Assembly (NCBI GenBank): GCA_036507075.1
Contig: DASXQR010000167.1
Location: 13,516-77,515 of the forward strand
Length of the DNA: 64,000 nt
From: Acidobacteriota bacterium
Lineage (GTDB): Bacteria > Acidobacteriota > UBA6911 > JACQSX01
Direction of reading: 5' to 3'
A program made the position numbers and the translations under genes. Below, in pieces: positions 61,565-64,000 of the stretch. Every line of letters starts with the position of its first letter. Position 1 is the first letter of the stretch. The notes beneath the pieces were generated by a model. It made no database searches. It was not told where the DNA came from and worked only from the letters and a program-made list of their open reading frames with translations.

Positions 61565-62158
61565 TAAACCGCAACGGACAACGGACCACTGACAAAAAAG
61601 TGTCCCAAGTGATTCAAGGGAACAAGCCACCGTGCTGCTCCCCCGATTTGTCTCTTCGCAGAAGTAAACGAACCGGCTTTACAACACAGCCCCACTTTTT
61701 TCCAAGGAACCTCTTGGGACTTTGCAATTTTTAGTTCAAGGCTGTTCAGGGTCAAGGAGAAAGTAGGAATCCCCAACGCACTGCACAAATCAAATGCAGT
61801 CGAACGGGAAATCGAGTCCGATTGAACCTGCAAATCAAACAGTGTTTCCGCAGCCGCGCCAGTGCGATGTCGAACGACATACAGTCGCCTGGGCTTGAGC
61901 TTGCCAGGGTTGAAGCGATCCTAAATTTCCACAGGGTTTTCCACAGCCGGTGCAAAACCTTTTTGAATCTGATCCATTTTTTCGAATCAGGTGAGATATT
62001 ACACAGAATCAACGGGTAAACAGCAACGCACCTTTTGTTCTCCAAGCGGCAAAAAGTGGTAAGAAAAACCAGATTTCACGATCCGGTAACACAACCGAAA
62101 GCAGATGAAGAATACGGATGCAGTCCGGCCTCGGTTCTGCAGGGGCCCCGGCGGATGC

Positions 62159-62902
62159 TTAGATTTTGCGCGCCAGCATTATTGCGCTCAGGCCAAAGGG
62201 AAAACTGGTCTTGCCCTGCAGCCAGCGGGCTTCAGCGTTCAAGGCGGCCAGAAAGACCGGATCCAGAGGCTGCAGGATTTCGGGCATTGGCCGCACATCG
62301 GATCCGCCGGACAAACCGAGATGTTTGAGGAGCCGGCGAACGACCGCCACGGGAAAAAGGAGAAAATTTGCATAGCTGCTGCGAATCACCTCGAAGCCTG
62401 AGTCCTGCAGCAACCCCGAAAGTTGCCCAATAGTGAAGCGCACCCAGGTCTGCAGCTCTGCGTCGTGGCTGCTTCTCAGCCACGCCATGGCCGGGGCTCT
62501 GACAAACAGATGTCCCTGCCGTTTTAGGACCCTTCGGAATTCCGACACGGCGCCGCCGGACGCCGCCGGAGGCAACTGTGAGAGGACGTCAAAGCAGGTG
62601 AGGAAGTCAAAAGCCTCCGACGCGAAAGGCAGGTCGGCAACGGATGCCTGCGCAAGGGAGAAACTGGATTCGCGTTTCTTTGCATATCGCAGCGCAGTGC
62701 CGGCAATATCGATTCCAACAATTCGTGATGGGCGGAGACTTTCCTTCAGCCATTTCAAATGAAAACCGGTGCCGCAACCGGCGTCCAGGACGCTCTCAGG
62801 TCGCAGATCCGAGATCCAGGACCAGGTGATATTTCGCATTCCGCGAAACCACCAGAAATTTTCTTCCAGACGGTAGGTATGTTCCAGATCCTGATCGCGC
62901 AT
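62159..62902 (-). CDS. class I SAM-dependent methyltransferase
   Basis: VLDAGCGTG, LPFASEAFD, EFRRVLK. Confidence 0.9.
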   Translation of the reverse strand: MRDQDLEHTYRLEENFWWFRGMRNITWSWISDLRPESVLDAGCGTGFHLKWLKESLRPSRIVGIDIAGTALRYAKKRESSFSLAQASVADLPFASEAFDFLTCFDVLSQLPPAASGGAVSEFRRVLKRQGHLFVRAPAMAWLRSSHDAELQTWVRFTIGQLSGLLQDSGFEVIRSSYANFLLFPVAVVRRLLKHLGLSGGSDVRPMPEILQPLDPVFLAALNAEARWLQGKTSFPFGLSAIMLARKI

Positions 62903-62959
62903 ACAAGTCACAAGTTAACAGGAGCAAGTTAGCAGTGACAAGCAGGCGATAAGTTGAGG

Positions 62960-63068
62960 CAGCGGGCCGTAGACCGCGAAGCGGTCAAAGAGCATAGCCG
63001 GGGGCAAGCGCGTTTTCTGCGCGCCGCCCCCGGTCGAGTCTCTTTGACGCCTTCGGCGTCGGCACCGA
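62960..63068. repeat. REP-like palindromic cluster
   Basis: GACCGCGAAGCGGTC, CCGGGGGC...GCCCCCGG and GACGCCTTCGGCGTC hairpins. Confidence 0.55.
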
Positions 63069-63076
63069 GGCTTTAG

Positions 63077-63838
63077 TTACGGATTGTTGCTGGTAACTTG
63101 TCCCTGACAACTTGCCACATGCACGTCAAAGCGCCGCAGCAGAATGAGCCTTGCCCACAGGGCCATAAGCTGCAGGAACACTCGTGACAGATGCCGGATG
63201 CGGAAGAATTCGCTGCTGCCATAGCTTCGCGGATAGTGGTGCACCGGAACTTCGACGATCTTGCATCCCAAATGCTCGATTTTCTTCATTAACTCGACGC
63301 AGATGACGCCGCTGTCGCAGTTGAGTTGAAACCGGTCAAAAATTCTACGCCGCATCAGGCGATAGTCGCAGTCGACGTCCCGAATCCTGAGAAAAAAAGC
63401 CCAGCGCATGGCATGCAAGTAGAGCTTTCCGATCCAGACGCGATAGATGGGATCCGAGCGGCGGATCTTATAACCGTTGATTACGTCCACATCGGGTTGT
63501 AGTTCGGCAAGCAGAGAGCGCACCTCGTCGACGTCATACTGCCCGTCGCCGTCGGTGTAGAAAATCCACTCTTTGGTGCAGGAATAGAAACCGGAAATCA
63601 GAGCCCCGCCATAGCCCCTGTTGACGGGATGGTGAATGGGGCGGAGCTGGGGAATTTCATGTTTGAGCGATTCCAGGACGTCACCTGTGTTGTCGCGACT
63701 GCCATCATTGACTACCACAATTTCAAAATCCGTGTTCATTTCCCGGAAAATCTGCGCAATGCGTCGCACCAGAGGGCCGATGGTCTGGGCGTCGTTATAA
63801 GCCGGAAAAAACGCAGAAATGGAAAGGAGATCCTTCAT
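63077..63838 (-). CDS. glycosyltransferase family 2 (DPM1-like)
   Basis: PAYND, VVNDGSRD, NRGYG, YTDGDGQYD. Confidence 0.92.
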   Translation of the reverse strand: MKDLLSISAFFPAYNDAQTIGPLVRRIAQIFREMNTDFEIVVVNDGSRDNTGDVLESLKHEIPQLRPIHHPVNRGYGGALISGFYSCTKEWIFYTDGDGQYDVDEVRSLLAELQPDVDVINGYKIRRSDPIYRVWIGKLYLHAMRWAFFLRIRDVDCDYRLMRRRIFDRFQLNCDSGVICVELMKKIEHLGCKIVEVPVHHYPRSYGSSEFFRIRHLSRVFLQLMALWARLILLRRFDVHVASCQGQVTSNNP

Positions 63839-63894
63839 TTTATCCAAGAGTACCAGTAAAAGTGTAACTCGACTAGTACTTAGTTTTTTACGTC

Positions 63895-64000
63895 CGTGTC
63901 CTCTGTGTTACAAGTTGGCAACTTCTCGCTTTTTTAACAAAGTTTCGTCTTGCACCTACATTCCTTCACCGCAGAGGCGCAGAGGACGCAGAGAATGCGC
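63895..64000 (-). repeat. tail of a further CAAGAAGTT-type element plus REP arm (truncated by window edge)
   Basis: Reverse complement matches 23371-23422; TTCACCGCAGAGGCGCAGAG from 63965. Confidence 0.65.

Noticed and set aside
61230..61630. ORFs with SVPQSLS repeats and an extended N-terminus for the EF-hand protein
   Set aside because: Translation artefact of the octamer repeat; the signal peptide starts at 61321

Overview
A GC-rich bacterial chromosomal window, most likely Acidobacteriota (inferred from the PadR + duplicated orphan ABC permease pair, an Oar-type TonB-dependent receptor and repeat-rich spacers). It is mostly accessory DNA. The left ~3.2 kb looks like the end of an integrated island bounded by a 3' fragment of tRNA-Leu(TAA); a second orphan tRNA 3' fragment (Val-TAC) lies at ~34.95 kb. 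Other content: enzymes (pirin, 5'-3' exonuclease, hydrolases, aldehyde dehydrogenase, aldo/keto reductase, methyltransferase, GT2), three toxin-antitoxin loci (MazEF-like, VapBC, MNT-HEPN with an internally deleted HEPN), several deletion-eroded pseudogenes, and an intact tRNA with a CAT anticodon (probably Ile2) before a C4 zinc-ribbon gene. The best candidate for an undescribed system is 35.8-48.9 kb. There a membrane-anchored wHTH/TPR regulator is divergent from two units, each led by a paralogous small ORF (EETRRTxFxSETVQ). They encode a 14-repeat RCC1 protein and a signal-peptide Rhs protein with a non-toxin-like C-terminus, followed not by an immunity gene but by an exported YD-hairpin/Ig partner. 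The partner, the RCC1 protein and two other exported proteins share an uncharacterised beta-rich module (FPHFADGGG-like), possibly a surface display/anchoring domain. Intergenic DNA holds a nested repeat system: GCCGCAACCAAA...CAAGAAGTT elements inserted in CACAG-type REP arms, each with different repeat cargo, one containing a four-helix-bundle gene remnant. All family names come from motif recognition, not database searches.
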